A stretch of 64,000 nt of DNA from an uncultured delta proteobacterium. GTDB taxonomy: Bacteria; Desulfobacterota; BSN033; UBA1163. Position numbers and translations under genes: made by a program. The notes under the pieces were generated by a model that worked only from the letters and a program-made list of their open reading frames with translations, did not search any database and was not told where the DNA came from. The stretch spans positions 480,001 to 544,000 of the forward strand of contig CAVPSJ010000017.1 of assembly GCA_963708295.1 (NCBI GenBank), in the 5' to 3' direction. This document shows, one piece after another, positions 21,528 to 32,700 of this stretch; position 1 is the first letter of the stretch, and the number at the start of each line of letters is the position of its first letter.

Positions 21528-22285
21528 TTATCCGAGACCGAAATCTCCTCTTGAATCAAGATCTTGTTCCACGGATGCCTCAGCTCCCGATTCGAGCAGC
21601 GCCAGGATGCTCCTGTATCTCTCCCGGGAGAGTTTGCGGTAAAGATGGTAGAAGAACAGGCTCATGATCTCTCTTCCCTGAGCAATCCTTTTCGAAAACT
21701 CCTCTGGGGAAAGTTTCCCAGGGCAGTCTCGATGTAATATTTCTGGGACATGATAGCGATCTCCCGGAACTTATCCAGGTAATGTTTGAGGGCTTCCGGA
21801 TCGAACCCGTCTTTGGGCCCTAAGCCGATGTTATCCATCTTCACGATTAATTTCCCGAGGGTAATATCATCCTGGGAATAGACCTTCGACCCATCACGGA
21901 CGCCGGGGTTGATAATCTTCCATTCTTCCATCTTGGCCAGCCATTTTTTTCCCAAACCCGTTTCGTTCCGGAAAAGGTCTTCACCTGCAATCTCGGTGGG
22001 CAGGAACTGATCTACGGGGCTGAAATACTCTCTTCGGAGATTGAGGAAAGATTGCCACTCGGCTGATTTTCGCTGCTTCCCAAAAATATTCTTGATCACC
22101 GCGAGTGGGAAAAAATACCGATCCTGGAGTTCTTTAATGAAGCGGATGCGCTCCACGAAGTGGTCATCATATTCCGCGACATTCTTTCCCTGTTTGCGGG
22201 GCTTGGGAAGGAGTCCTTCGCGGACGTAATAATGAATGGTCTCTTTTGAAACCCCGGAATGCTTGACCAGTTCCCGAATTTTCAA
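21528..22285 (-). CDS. MerR family transcriptional regulator, frameshift near 21710
   Basis: MKIRELVKHSGVSKETIHYYVREGLLP; open frame continues to TAA at 21528. Confidence 0.85.
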
Positions 22286-22371
22286 GAATTCTCCGATCAG
22301 ATTTTTTATTGAGTATTACTACATGCTATATATAAAAGTCAAGAGAAATCTGATAGCTAAGTAAATACATA

Positions 22372-22399
22372 TTGACAAATATCTACTTATCATTATAAA
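22372..22399 (+). promoter_or_regulatory. sigma70-like promoter for the divergent 22.5-35 kb gene run
   Basis: TTGACA-N16-TATAAA in the AT-rich divergent gap. Confidence 0.45.
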
Positions 22400-22532
22400 G
22401 TGGCAACGGTGGAGGGTGGGAAAAATGAATTTTGCAGTTTCCATCGAATTCCAGGGATGAAGTCAGCACTAGGAATCAACCATCGGCTGGCAGATTTCAC
22501 ATCAAAAACCTAAAATTTGGAGGAGAAATTCT

Positions 22533-23688
22533 ATGGCCAAACGAATTCTCCGTACAGAACTTTGCCACATACTCGGAATTGAGTACCCTGTCATAGCGGC
22601 CGGCATGGGGCCGACACTGATCGGTGAGAATACGGGGGCTCCGGTCGAGTTGGTGGTGGCTGTCTCAGAGGCTGGCGGACTCGGAGTTCTGGGCGGGAGT
22701 GGCTTTACCATAGAGAAGTTGCGTGAGGCAATTCGGGAGATTAAATCAAAAACAAAGAAGCCTTACGGAGTGGATCTCCTCTTACCTCAAAAGCTGGACT
22801 TCGGTGGAGGGTTAGGCCAGAAAGGACCCAAGGAGTTGCCCCTGAGCGCGTTGTTGAAATCGCTGCCTAAACCTCATCAGGAGTGGGTCAAGAAAGTGAG
22901 AGAGGAACTTCAACTTCCGGATGTGGAAATCACGGTTAGGATGAATACAACGACCATGCGCCCTCAGGAAGCAATTCAAGTGTGCATCGACGAAAAAGTT
23001 CCGCTCTTCTGTGCCGGCCTGGGAAACCCAGGATTCATGGTGGAGCAGGCTCACGCCGCGGGCATGAAAGTTCTTGGAATCACCGGAAATGCAAAGAACG
23101 CACGCAGGATGGCCGAATCCGGAATCGACCTTCTGGTAGCCCAGGGATATGAAGGGGGAGGGCACACAGGCCGGATCGGGACGATGGCCCTTTTGCCCCA
23201 GGCCATCGATGCTGCCTACCCGGTTCCCGTCCTGGCTGCGGGGGGAATTGGCGACGGCCGGGGATTGGCGGCGGCCTTAGCCATGGGATGCGCAGGGGTC
23301 TGGGTCGGGACCCGCTTCTTAGCGACAGACGAAGGAGGAGCCCTCCCGGTGAATAAGAAACGGATCCTCGATTCCACGGATGAAGACACACGGGTGAGCA
23401 AATCGTATACCGGTAAAACGCTGCGGGCGAGCTATAATAGGTTCCACGATCTCTGGGAGGGTTCGGGATTGGAGCCTCTTCCCTTTCCCACTCAAGTGTT
23501 AATCTCTTCAGCCCTCCTGGGGAGTTTCATCGAGGGCCAAGAAGGACGATTACGTCGGCGGTCTCGCAGGCCAGATCTCCGGCCTCATCAAAGAGATCAA
23601 ACCCGCCCGGCAGGTGCTCGATGAGATGGTGGAGGAGGCCGTGGATATTCTCACCAGACGCCTTCCGGAAAACGTGGAGGCGAAATAG
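22533..23688 (+). CDS. nitronate monooxygenase / FabK-like FMN enzyme, frameshift near 23540
   Basis: VAQGYEGGGHTG, VLAAGGIGDGRG, GVWVGTRF; AGQISGLI in the shifted frame. Confidence 0.85.
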
Positions 23689-23749
23689 AGACCTTCACCA
23701 GAGCTCCAGGATTCGGCATCGCCTCTAATAATAGAAAGGCTGTCTCATC

Positions 23750-24538
23750 ATGCCAGAGAATTTCATTCGAACGAGAATGAACTCCACCCCCACTGAGCCC
23801 CCGCTGCTTGAAGTGAAGGACCTCTCCCGGGACTTCGGGGGGTTGCGAGCGCTTGCTACGGTATCCTTTGGTATCACGCCGGGAGAGATCGTCGGTGTGA
23901 TCGGACCCAACGGCGCCGGGAAGACAACCCTCTTTGCTCTCCTCAGCGGTTTCCTCGCCCCTTCTGAAGGAGAAATAAGATTCAGGGAAACCCCGATTGC
24001 TGGAATGCGGCCGGACAAACTGTGTCATCTCGGGATAGCCCGGACGTTCCAGGTGGTCCGTCCGTTCCTGGAAATGACGGTCTTTGAAAATGTCAAGGCC
24101 GCTGCCGTTTTCGGAAAGCCGGGTCGCCGTACTGCCTCAGAGATCAATCGGGAGGTAGATGAGATCCTTGAAATCACCGGACTCTCCCCTCTCGCTCATC
24201 ACATTTCCCATTCGCTGAGCCTGCCGGAGCGCAAGCGGCTGGAAGTGGCCCGAACCCTGGCTACCCATCCCGAACTCCTTCTTCTGGACGAAGTTCTTGC
24301 AGGGCTGAATCCTCGGGAAGTTGAAGAAGCCATTCCCTTCATTCGCTCTCTCAATATGGAAAGAAAGATCAGCATTCTCATGGTGGAGCACAATCTTCGA
24401 GCCATTATGGGAATTTGCCGTCGAATCTTGGTCCTCAATTTCGGGCAACTCATCTTTGATGGCGCTCCGGAAGCTGCGGTGGAGAACCCGGAGGTCATCC
24501 GCGCCTACTTAGGAGAGAGAGAAGATGCTCAGGGTTGA
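23750..24538 (+). CDS. livG: Liv-type ABC ATP-binding protein (LivG-like)
   Basis: FGGLRAL, GPNGAGKTT, ARTFQ, LLDE, VIRAYLG. Confidence 0.9.
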   Translation: MPENFIRTRMNSTPTEPPLLEVKDLSRDFGGLRALATVSFGITPGEIVGVIGPNGAGKTTLFALLSGFLAPSEGEIRFRETPIAGMRPDKLCHLGIARTFQVVRPFLEMTVFENVKAAAVFGKPGRRTASEINREVDEILEITGLSPLAHHISHSLSLPERKRLEVARTLATHPELLLLDEVLAGLNPREVEEAIPFIRSLNMERKISILMVEHNLRAIMGICRRILVLNFGQLIFDGAPEAAVENPEVIRAYLGEREDAQG

Positions 24539-25229
24539 GGGTCTCTCAGTTGGATACGGAGATGCGTATGTCCTTGGAAATATCTCCTTTCAAGTCCGTC
24601 AAGGGGAGATGACCTGCATTCTGGGTCCGAATGGCGCGGGAAAAACAACCCTCCTCCGTTCGATCACCGGGCTGACTCCTCCTGCCTCCGGCAAAATATG
24701 GTTCATGGGCGAGGAAATCCAAGGCAAGAAAACTCATCAGATCGTGGGCTTGGGAATGACAATGATTCCGGAAGGCCGGCGCCTGTGGCCGCCCCTTTCT
24801 GTTCGAGAGAACTTGGAGATGGGGGCCTACAGGGTTTCCGAGAAGTCAACCGTCCAAGAAAGGTTGGATTGGGTATTTTCATTATTTCCCCACCTGACCA
24901 GTCGCAAGGATCAGCTCTGCGGAACTCTTTCAGGAGGTGAACAGCAGATGGTCTCAATCGGCCGTGGGTTGATGGCGTTGCCAAAATTGTTGTTGATGGA
25001 CGAGCCTTCCTTAGGTCTCGCTCCGCTCGTCGTCCGCGAAATGTTCGGGGCGATTAAGAAAATTGTTCATTCCGGAACCACCATCCTGCTGGTGGAACAG
25101 AACACTCAAGTCGCACTTTCAGCCGCCCATTACGGATATGTACTGGAAAGGGGTATGATCGTATTGGAAGGGGAAGCGGATTTCCTGCGAGAGACTCCCC
25201 ACATCAAATATGCTTATCTGGGTCTTTAG
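24525..25229 (+). CDS. livF: Liv-type ABC ATP-binding protein (LivF-like)
   Basis: GPNGAGKTT, PEGRR, LSGGEQQM, DEPSLGLAP. Confidence 0.92.
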   Translation: MLRVEGLSVGYGDAYVLGNISFQVRQGEMTCILGPNGAGKTTLLRSITGLTPPASGKIWFMGEEIQGKKTHQIVGLGMTMIPEGRRLWPPLSVRENLEMGAYRVSEKSTVQERLDWVFSLFPHLTSRKDQLCGTLSGGEQQMVSIGRGLMALPKLLLMDEPSLGLAPLVVREMFGAIKKIVHSGTTILLVEQNTQVALSAAHYGYVLERGMIVLEGEADFLRETPHIKYAYLGL

Positions 25230-25320
25230 GCACTTAGGAGTCGAAGCACCAAAAATGTAGTTATTGGGTCATTACGGCCAATGTTTGTAATACAAATCCA
25301 TTTAATTTTTTGACGAGAGG

Positions 25321-25368
25321 CCCCCTCGCCTCCCCTCTCCCCGATGGGGAGAGGGATAGGGTGAGGGG
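25321..25368. repeat. REP-like hairpin (12896 family)
   Basis: CCCTCTCCCC-GAT-GGGGAGAGGG core. Confidence 0.7.
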
Positions 25369-25399
25369 TGACTCATGACGAACAAGGAAGGAGAAAAAA

Positions 25400-26592
25400 A
25401 TGAAACGGCGGATGATGAGCAAGCTCTGGAGTGTAGGTTTGGTCGTGGGTTTGTGTTTCGGAACGGCCTGGGCCGCGCCGGTCATCAAATTGGGCGCCCA
25501 TGCTCCACAGACGGGAAGCTTGGCCAAACATGGGATGGAGCAGATCAAAGGGATCCGGGTAGGAGCGGAAGAGTTTGAAAAGAAGCATAACATCAAGGTC
25601 GACTTGCGTGTCTATGATGACGAAAGCGATCCTCAGAAGGCAGTCGCGGCAGTGGAAAAGCTGGCGGGCGTCGACAAAGCCAACGCCATTGTCGGCGGAT
25701 ATGGATCCAACCTGGTGGGACCGGCATCGGAGGCAGCCGAGCGATATGACACGCCCTACCTGACAACCGGGGCGGTCGATAGCAAGCTTTCTGCAAAAAA
25801 ATTCAAGAACTTCTTTCGGCTGAATAATATGCCAGGCTATGCTGCGGCCCAGTCAGGGGCGATCAAGGAACTCTTCGGTGCCAAGAAGGTGGGGGTTCTT
25901 TACAACAGCCTGTCCGCTACGACTGAGATCGCCGAAGTGGTAAGGGATAAGCTGGCGAAAGCAGGTATTGAGGTTCCGGTCTTCGAAAAGTTCGAAAAGG
26001 GAACGACCAATTACAAGCCGGTTTTGCTCAAAGTCAGAGATGCCGGATGTGAGGTCCTTCTGGTGGAAGGATATTTCCCTGATTACGTAGGCACAATCAA
26101 GGACGCAAAGATCCTGAATCTGCCGGTAAAGGCGTACATGGGCGCATGGGGCATCGGCACGCCGGAATTTGTCAGGGAGTTAGGGCCCATGAGTGAGTAT
26201 ATCTATGGCACATCGATCTGGGAAATGGGAACAGCCCCAAAGGAGGCGAAGGCGGAGGAGGCAGAGTTTGTCGCCACCTATAAGACCAAATATAAAGAAG
26301 AGCCTTCCTATATCGCCATGCTCGGCTACCTCTCGGCGAAATACATGCTCCAGGCGATTGCTCAGGGCGGAGGAAAATCGGGAAATTATAGTCCGGAAAA
26401 GACCAGGACCGTGCTTCGGGCGATGGATACGGTGGGTCCTTGGGACGGGTTGCTTTTGACGACAAGGGTGAACCGAAATATTTTACAGCCATATTGTTCC
26501 AGACACAGAAAGGAAATCAGGTTGTTGTCTATCCCAAGGATCGGGCCATGGGAACCATTCAGTATCCTGCGGTTCCGTGGGGTGGAAAATAG
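25400..26592 (+). CDS. Liv-type ABC substrate-binding protein, frameshift near 26440
   Basis: Signal peptide, YDDESDP, IVGGYGS; true C-terminus (FDDKGE...VVVYPK) in the shifted frame ending TAG 26592. Confidence 0.85.
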
Positions 26593-26838
26593 GCTGTTGC
26601 AGGTTGCTGGAGCAGCTACCCGCCGGGAACGTCTTCCGCACGCCTTCCCCGTGTCAAGCACGGGGCAGGCTTGTTGCAGCGTAGGTCGTAGGGAACGGTT
26701 TGAAACCGTACCCTACAGAGGGAGTCTGCAAAGGCATCAACTTGCATCTGCCTGCCTGCGCGAAGTCCCGACTTGCGGGACGAAGGCAGGGTCCTTGTCG
26801 AGCAACCTGGAGAAGATTATTTCTTCAGTAGGCTGTAG
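26591..26838. repeat. composite MITE (2279 family) carrying three nested hairpin elements
   Basis: Shares CTTGCATCTG-CCTGCCTGCGCG..AAGGCAGG..GAGCAACCTGG with 2374-2437; nested hairpins at 26647-26671, 26687-26716 and 26751-26790. Confidence 0.7.
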
Positions 26839-26868
26839 ATAAGAAAAGATGGTCCATAGGAAAAAGAA

Positions 26869-27742
26869 TTGATCACCACGACCAGTATCATCCAATCCAT
26901 CCTTTCTGGAATGTTGGAGGGGGTCAACTATTCCCTTTACTGCTTGGGACTGGCCTTTGTATTCGGCATCATGCGGATTATCAATATGGCTCACGGAGAG
27001 TTCCTGGTACTGGGTGGCTATATTGCTTATTGGCTGTTAGTAAAGTGGGGGCTTAACCCCCTTCTCGCCCTTCCCGTTAGCAGCGGCGATTGCCGCTGGG
27101 GCATCCTTCCTGAGTTACCGTGTTTTCTTACAGAGGATCCGTACCACTGCAGAACTGAATACCCTCATCCTGACCTTTGGGATCGGGATCTTTCTCTCCA
27201 ACCTCTATCTCCAGCTCTGGTCAGCGGACATCCGCAACATCGGCGTGGACTGGATGGAGAAACCCTTGAAGCTCGCCGGGATCTACATCAGCTTGGGAGA
27301 GATCATCACCTTCGCAATCTCTTTTGCCGGAGTTCTGGCGCTCCACTCCTTCCTCCGCCATACCAAGACGGGGAAAGCCATCCGGATCACGGCGATCGAT
27401 CGCGATGCGGCGACGCTCGCTGGAATTAACGTCGAAAGGGTTGACCTTCTCGCCTTCAGCATCGGCGGGTTGCTTGCCGGTCTCGGAGGACCCCTGCTCG
27501 GAATGCTGTCATTTGTCAGCCCGGGAACAGGCATCCACATTACGGTCAAGGCCTTTATCCTTACGGTTCTGGCAGGGGTGGGTTCCATCCGAGGATTGAT
27601 TGCAGCCGGAATGATCCTCGGCATAGGAGAGGCCATGACCGTGACGTTCGTCAGCTCCTCCTACCGGGAGTTGTTCGGGTTCGTGCTCTTTCTCGTTATT
27701 CTACTGGTTCGGCCTTCAGGGCTATTTGGAAAGAGGATATAA
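26869..27742 (+). CDS. livH: Liv-type ABC permease (LivH-like), frameshift near 27080
   Basis: INMAHGEF in the first ORF; TKTGKAIR and RPSGLFG in the second. Confidence 0.87.
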
Positions 27743-28715
27743 GTGAAATCCTTTCTTCCATTCGAATTGTCAGAGAAAAGGGTTGCCCTTCTAACCATGG
27801 TTGTGGTTCTGGCCCTCCCGTTCGTCCTTTCCTTCAACCCCTACTACTTGAGCATCTTTATTTCGGCCCTCATCCTCGGGTCTGTTTCTTTGGCCTGGAA
27901 CTTGCTCGCAGGAGTATGCGGACAGGTCTCCTTCGGGCATGCGGCCTTTTTCGGAATTGGCGCCTATGCCTCTGCCCTCCTCGTGGTGAAAGCAGGGTGG
28001 AACCCCTTCCTGGCCATGGCAGGGGCTGCAATGCTCGGGGTCCTCGGAGCGCTGATCATCGGGATTCCTGCCTTTCGATTGCGTGGGCCCTACTTCGCCC
28101 TTTCCATCCTCGGCTTCGCAGAGGTGATGAAGCTCCTTACGTTGAACCTCACTCACTTGACAGAAGGTTCCAAAGGAATCTTTAACATTCCCTCGCTGCC
28201 ATCGATCACATTGGGAAAGATGACCTTTGATTTCTATGTTTCCAGGACGACCAATTATTATATGGCTGCTGTCCTGATGTTTGCCATCTATACTGTCGAT
28301 CTATTTGATTCGACATTCGAACATGGGACTGGCCATGTCAGCGGTTCACGGCGATGAGGAGACGGCTTCCGGGATCGGCGTCCCGGTTTTTAAGACCAAG
28401 ATCACCGCCCTCACGGCATCCGCCTTCTGCACCGCTCTGATGGGCGCCTTTTATGCCCACTACGTCCATTTCCTCAGTCCTGATTCCGCATTCGATGGGT
28501 TCTGGTCGGTCATGCCCATTGTGGGATCGCTTTTTGGAGGAATGGGCACGCTGATCGGGCCGAGCATCGGAGCACTCGTGATCACTGGATTGGATGAGTT
28601 CGTCTTTAAAAGATTCTTCGAGACCGGCCATAAACTTTTTTTCGGGCTTCTTTTGGCCATTGTCATCGTGTGGGCCCCGGTGGGTTTACTAGGCAAGTGG
28701 GTCAAGAAAAGATGA
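27743..28715 (+). CDS. livM: Liv-type ABC permease (LivM-like), frameshift near 28295
   Basis: GQVSFGHAAFFGIGAY, RLRGPYFAL; GGMGTLIGP in the second ORF. Confidence 0.87.
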
Positions 28716-28729
28716 AGAGGTGGAGAGAA

Positions 28730-30325
28730 ATGGATTTGATCCGTCCTTCTATGACGATACCCTTGGAGCCTTTGACTTTCCCGCTTCGCAGGGCGGCGCA
28801 AAAATACCCGGGAAAAGTGGCGGTGATCGAACCTGAGAAAGGTGGAAAGGATTATTCTTATCAGTGGCTGGAGGAAAATTCGTCAGCCCTTGCCGCTTCC
28901 CTGGCAGACATGGGAGTAGAACCGCGGGACCGTATCGCCCTCTGGATGAAGAACAGTCTGGAATACATCCTCTCTTTCTACGGGATTCTGAAGGCAGGAG
29001 GCGTCGTTGTCCCCATAAGCACCCATTACGGAGAGAGAGAGGTTCTTCACCAATTGAAAGAGACAGAAGTCAAGGGCATGATCGCCTCGGACAACCTGTA
29101 TGCCCAAGCAGAAAGCCCCATTTCAGAGGTCCAGGGGTTGCGATTCGTCGTGCTTGAAGGGCCTGCCCTGAACCATGCCGGTACTGGGCAGGGGGAACGG
29201 CCTTTGGCCGCCATCCCCTTTTCGACGCTCCTTGCGAGATCGGATCGACTGGATCGTTCCATCGGAATTGATCCCAAAGAAGAGATTGCCGTTCTCCCGT
29301 TCTCGAGCGGCACAACCGGCCTTCCCAAAGGAGTCATGCTTACCCACTTCAATCTCCTCAGTTGTCTTTACCAGGTTGTTCAGGTCCATGAGATTTCGGA
29401 AACGGATGTCATGATTAACCAGCTTCCCTTTTTTCATATTTACGGGATGACGGTTCTGATGGGAACATCCGTCATGGCCGGGGCCACCCAGGTTCTGGCG
29501 AGTCGTTTCCGCCCCGTGGACGAATTTCTCTCCCTGTTTGAAACCTATCGACCAACGCTTTTTTTTACCGTTCCGTTGATCATCCAGGAATTCTGCCACC
29601 ATCCAAAGGTTTTGACCATGGACTGGAGCCGTCTCCGGTACGTCAATGCAGGGGGAGCGATCCTCTCCCCCGACGTGCAGGAGAGGTTTACACAGATCAC
29701 AGGGGTCCCTGTCATGCAGGGATACGGTCTTACCGAATCTTCACCGACCACCCACGTGACCCCCATCGGGAAGATCAAGATGGGATCCATCGGGCTTCCG
29801 TTGTTTGCGACAGAAGATAAAATCGTCGACCCGGAAACAGGGGCCGAATTGGGGCCGTGGGAGACTGGAGAACTCTGGGTTCGGGGACCGCAGGTGATGA
29901 AGGGATACTACAATAATCCGCAAGCAACCGCGCAGGCCTTGGTCGATGGATGGCTTCGGACAGGGGACTTGGCGCGGAAAGATGAGGAAGGATATGTTTA
30001 CGTTGTCGACCGCCTAAAAGAAGTAATTAAATGCAGGGGATTCCAGGTGCCTCCTGCTGAGATTGAGAACATCCTGCTCAGCCACCCGGATATCAAAGAT
30101 GCGGCAGTCATTGGGGAGTCCCATCCGGAGTACGGCGAGGTTCCCATAGCCTATGTGGTGCTCCGGGACAAGGCCAGCCTTGTCCCGGAGGCCATCATCC
30201 AATACGCGGCACAGGGATTGGCCAAGTACAAACGGCTGGCCAAAGTGGTGTTTACGGAGACGATTCCGCGCAGTGCTTCGGGTAAAGTATTACGCCGGCT
30301 TCTGAAGAACTCGCCATCGGGATGA
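28730..30325 (+). CDS. 4-coumarate--CoA ligase-like acyl/aryl-CoA ligase
   Basis: LPFSSGTTGLPKGVMLTH, QGYGLTE, RLKEVIKCRGFQVPPAEIE, PRSASGKVLRR. Confidence 0.88.
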   Translation: MDLIRPSMTIPLEPLTFPLRRAAQKYPGKVAVIEPEKGGKDYSYQWLEENSSALAASLADMGVEPRDRIALWMKNSLEYILSFYGILKAGGVVVPISTHYGEREVLHQLKETEVKGMIASDNLYAQAESPISEVQGLRFVVLEGPALNHAGTGQGERPLAAIPFSTLLARSDRLDRSIGIDPKEEIAVLPFSSGTTGLPKGVMLTHFNLLSCLYQVVQVHEISETDVMINQLPFFHIYGMTVLMGTSVMAGATQVLASRFRPVDEFLSLFETYRPTLFFTVPLIIQEFCHHPKVLTMDWSRLRYVNAGGAILSPDVQERFTQITGVPVMQGYGLTESSPTTHVTPIGKIKMGSIGLPLFATEDKIVDPETGAELGPWETGELWVRGPQVMKGYYNNPQATAQALVDGWLRTGDLARKDEEGYVYVVDRLKEVIKCRGFQVPPAEIENILLSHPDIKDAAVIGESHPEYGEVPIAYVVLRDKASLVPEAIIQYAAQGLAKYKRLAKVVFTETIPRSASGKVLRRLLKNSPSG

Positions 30326-30380
30326 CTGAAAAGGGATCAGAGACGCAATCAAAAAATTGTCGAAGAAAAGGAGACATAAA

Positions 30381-31556
30381 TTGAACGATGCAGTGATCGT
30401 AAGCGCAGCAAGACTTCCCATCGGAAAGTTTGGCGGGACGTTGAAAGACGTGAGCGATTGGGATCTGGGAACGATCGTCATCGCAGAGGCCATAAAAAGA
30501 GCGGGTGTTAATGGGGATGACATCGATGAGGTCGTCATGGCGCATGGCTTCAGAACCGGCGATCTCCCTGCGAACTCTTCCAGAGCGGTTGCGCTTCGAG
30601 CCGGAGTCCCCATCCAGGTTCCGCAATTTACAATCAATAAAGCATGTGGGGGGAGCCTGAGGGCGGTTGCCTTAGCCGCACAATTGATCAAAGCCGGGGA
30701 AAATGAGGCCATTGTTGCCGGAGGGATGGAAAGCATGAGTCGGGCCGCTTTCATCATCACCAAGGCCCGATGGGGCTATCGTCTCGGCCACGGTCAGCTC
30801 ATTGACCCATTGGTGCTCTTCGATCCGATTTCGGGTTCTTCACTCGGACAGACCGGGGAGAACGTGGCCGACCTTTATAGGATCTTCCGTGAGGACCAGG
30901 ATCGCTTCGCTCTCTTAAGCCAGCAGAGAGCTGAAAACGCCATTAAGGGCAATAGATTTAAGGAAGAGATCGTGGGTGTCCAGGTTCCCGGTAAGCCTCC
31001 CGTGATGTTCGATACCGATGAACATCCGCGGTTCGGCACCACATTGGAGGCGCTTTCCAAACTGAAGCCTGCCTTCAGGGAAGACGGCACGATCACGGCT
31101 GGAAATGCAAGCGGCCTGAACGATGGAGCCTCTGCCGTCGTGGTGATGTCTCGGAAGAAGGCGAAGGAAATGGACATCCGTCCCCTCGTATCGATACGCT
31201 CTCATGCGTCGGTCGGGGTGAAGCCTGAAATCATGGGAATCGGTCCCGTCCCTGCAACCCAACAGGCGCTGCAAAAGGCCGGTTTGGAACTCAAAGACGT
31301 CGATTTGATCGAGTTGAACGAAGCCTTCGCGGCCCAGTCGTTGGCGGTGGTCAGAGAACTCCATTTCGACATGGAGAAAGTCAACGTCAATGGCGGCGCG
31401 ATCGCCTTGGGCCATCCGATCTCTGCGACAGGCTCCATTCTTTTGACGAAGCTCATCTACGAGATGAAGAGACGGAATGCTCAATTCGGATTGGTGACGA
31501 TGTGCATTGCAGGAGGCCAAGGGATTGCGATGATCGTTGAAAATGAGCGGACTTAG
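30381..31556 (+). CDS. acetyl-CoA C-acetyltransferase (thiolase)
   Basis: INKACGGS, NEAFA, GHPISATG, CIAGGQG; TTG start after AGGAG. Confidence 0.93.
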   Translation: MNDAVIVSAARLPIGKFGGTLKDVSDWDLGTIVIAEAIKRAGVNGDDIDEVVMAHGFRTGDLPANSSRAVALRAGVPIQVPQFTINKACGGSLRAVALAAQLIKAGENEAIVAGGMESMSRAAFIITKARWGYRLGHGQLIDPLVLFDPISGSSLGQTGENVADLYRIFREDQDRFALLSQQRAENAIKGNRFKEEIVGVQVPGKPPVMFDTDEHPRFGTTLEALSKLKPAFREDGTITAGNASGLNDGASAVVVMSRKKAKEMDIRPLVSIRSHASVGVKPEIMGIGPVPATQQALQKAGLELKDVDLIELNEAFAAQSLAVVRELHFDMEKVNVNGGAIALGHPISATGSILLTKLIYEMKRRNAQFGLVTMCIAGGQGIAMIVENERT

Positions 31557-31592
31557 AGATGGATCGGCATCAGTGGTTGGAAGGAGAAGTCA

Positions 31593-32375
31593 ATGGAACG
31601 AAAACTTGCCTATTATGAGATGAAGGGCCAGACGGCCATCGTCACCATCGATCATCCCCCCATGAATGCTCTGGATGTGGCGACCAAGGAGGCCGTTGGC
31701 GAAGTCTTCAGGGAGTTGGATGAGCGGAGACAGGAGATCCGGGCAGTCGTACTGCACGGGGCGGGCGAGAAAGCCTTCGCCGCAGGAGCCGATATCAAAA
31801 CGTTCTTAGAATTGAATCCGGATACGGCAAAGAGACGCCTCTCGCGGAGTCACCAAATTTACGCCGTGGTTGAAGACTTTAAGTGGCCGGTCATTGCTGC
31901 GATCCATGGTTTTTGCCTGGGTGCGGGGTTGGAGCTGGCGCTCTGCTGCGATATCCGTTGTGCGGAAGAAACGGCCAAATTAGGCTTCCCCGAGGTGAAC
32001 CTATCGGTCTTCCCTGGAAACGGAGGTATCTGGCGTTCCTTGCACCATATTCCCCTTGGCAAACTGAAAGAGATCGTTTTTACCGGCGACGCGATAGGCG
32101 CAAGCGAGGCATTCAGACTCGGATTAGTCGAGAGAGTCGTTCCGCCGGGCCAGGTGATGGAGGCCGCCTTAGAGCTTGCGGCCAAGATTATTGAGAAAGG
32201 TCCTTTAGGAGTGGCCGCAGGGAAAAGGGTAATCAACGGGGCAAGAGACCTTTCTCTCCAGCAGGGATTGGAACTGGAATCTAACCTATGGGCGGATCTG
32301 ACGACGACGGAAGATATGAAAGAAGGTGCCCGGGCGTTTATCGAAAAAAGAAAGCCCCAGTATCGGTGTCGATAA
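31593..32375 (+). CDS. enoyl-CoA hydratase (crotonase family)
   Basis: FAAGADI, GAGLELALCCD, PEVNL (both catalytic Glu present). Confidence 0.92.
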   Translation: MERKLAYYEMKGQTAIVTIDHPPMNALDVATKEAVGEVFRELDERRQEIRAVVLHGAGEKAFAAGADIKTFLELNPDTAKRRLSRSHQIYAVVEDFKWPVIAAIHGFCLGAGLELALCCDIRCAEETAKLGFPEVNLSVFPGNGGIWRSLHHIPLGKLKEIVFTGDAIGASEAFRLGLVERVVPPGQVMEAALELAAKIIEKGPLGVAAGKRVINGARDLSLQQGLELESNLWADLTTTEDMKEGARAFIEKRKPQYRCR

Positions 32376-32441
32376 GGAGAATGCATCTCCTACTGAGTCG
32401 ATGATTGAAAGGCCGTATCAATGAATACTTTTCCGACAAAT

Positions 32442-32584
32442 GCCCATCCCCCTCCTGGCCTCCCCCTTGAAGGGGGAGGCAGGTAGCGATTTCCCTCCCA
32501 TTCAGGGGGAGGGGTAGCCCTGCACCACGTAGGGTGCAGGACAATGCCCTGAACCTCACATGGTTCAGGGGGTGGGGGTGGGGT
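32442..32584. repeat. copy of the 3413-3552 REP core including the identical 54-bp double hairpin
   Basis: 32517-32570 is identical to 3488-3541. Confidence 0.85.
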
Positions 32585-32700
32585 AGGAATAGAATAGGAT
32601 CAAAAATGAAACCAGATATCTATACAATTGTGGATCTGTTAACAAGAGATACATTGATCATCAGAGCTTTTTTGATCTGAAAGTAATTTTGGAGGCAACC

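Noticed and set aside
26593-26842. C-terminal extension of the binding protein to 480 aa
   Set aside because: Frameshift read-through into the composite repeat
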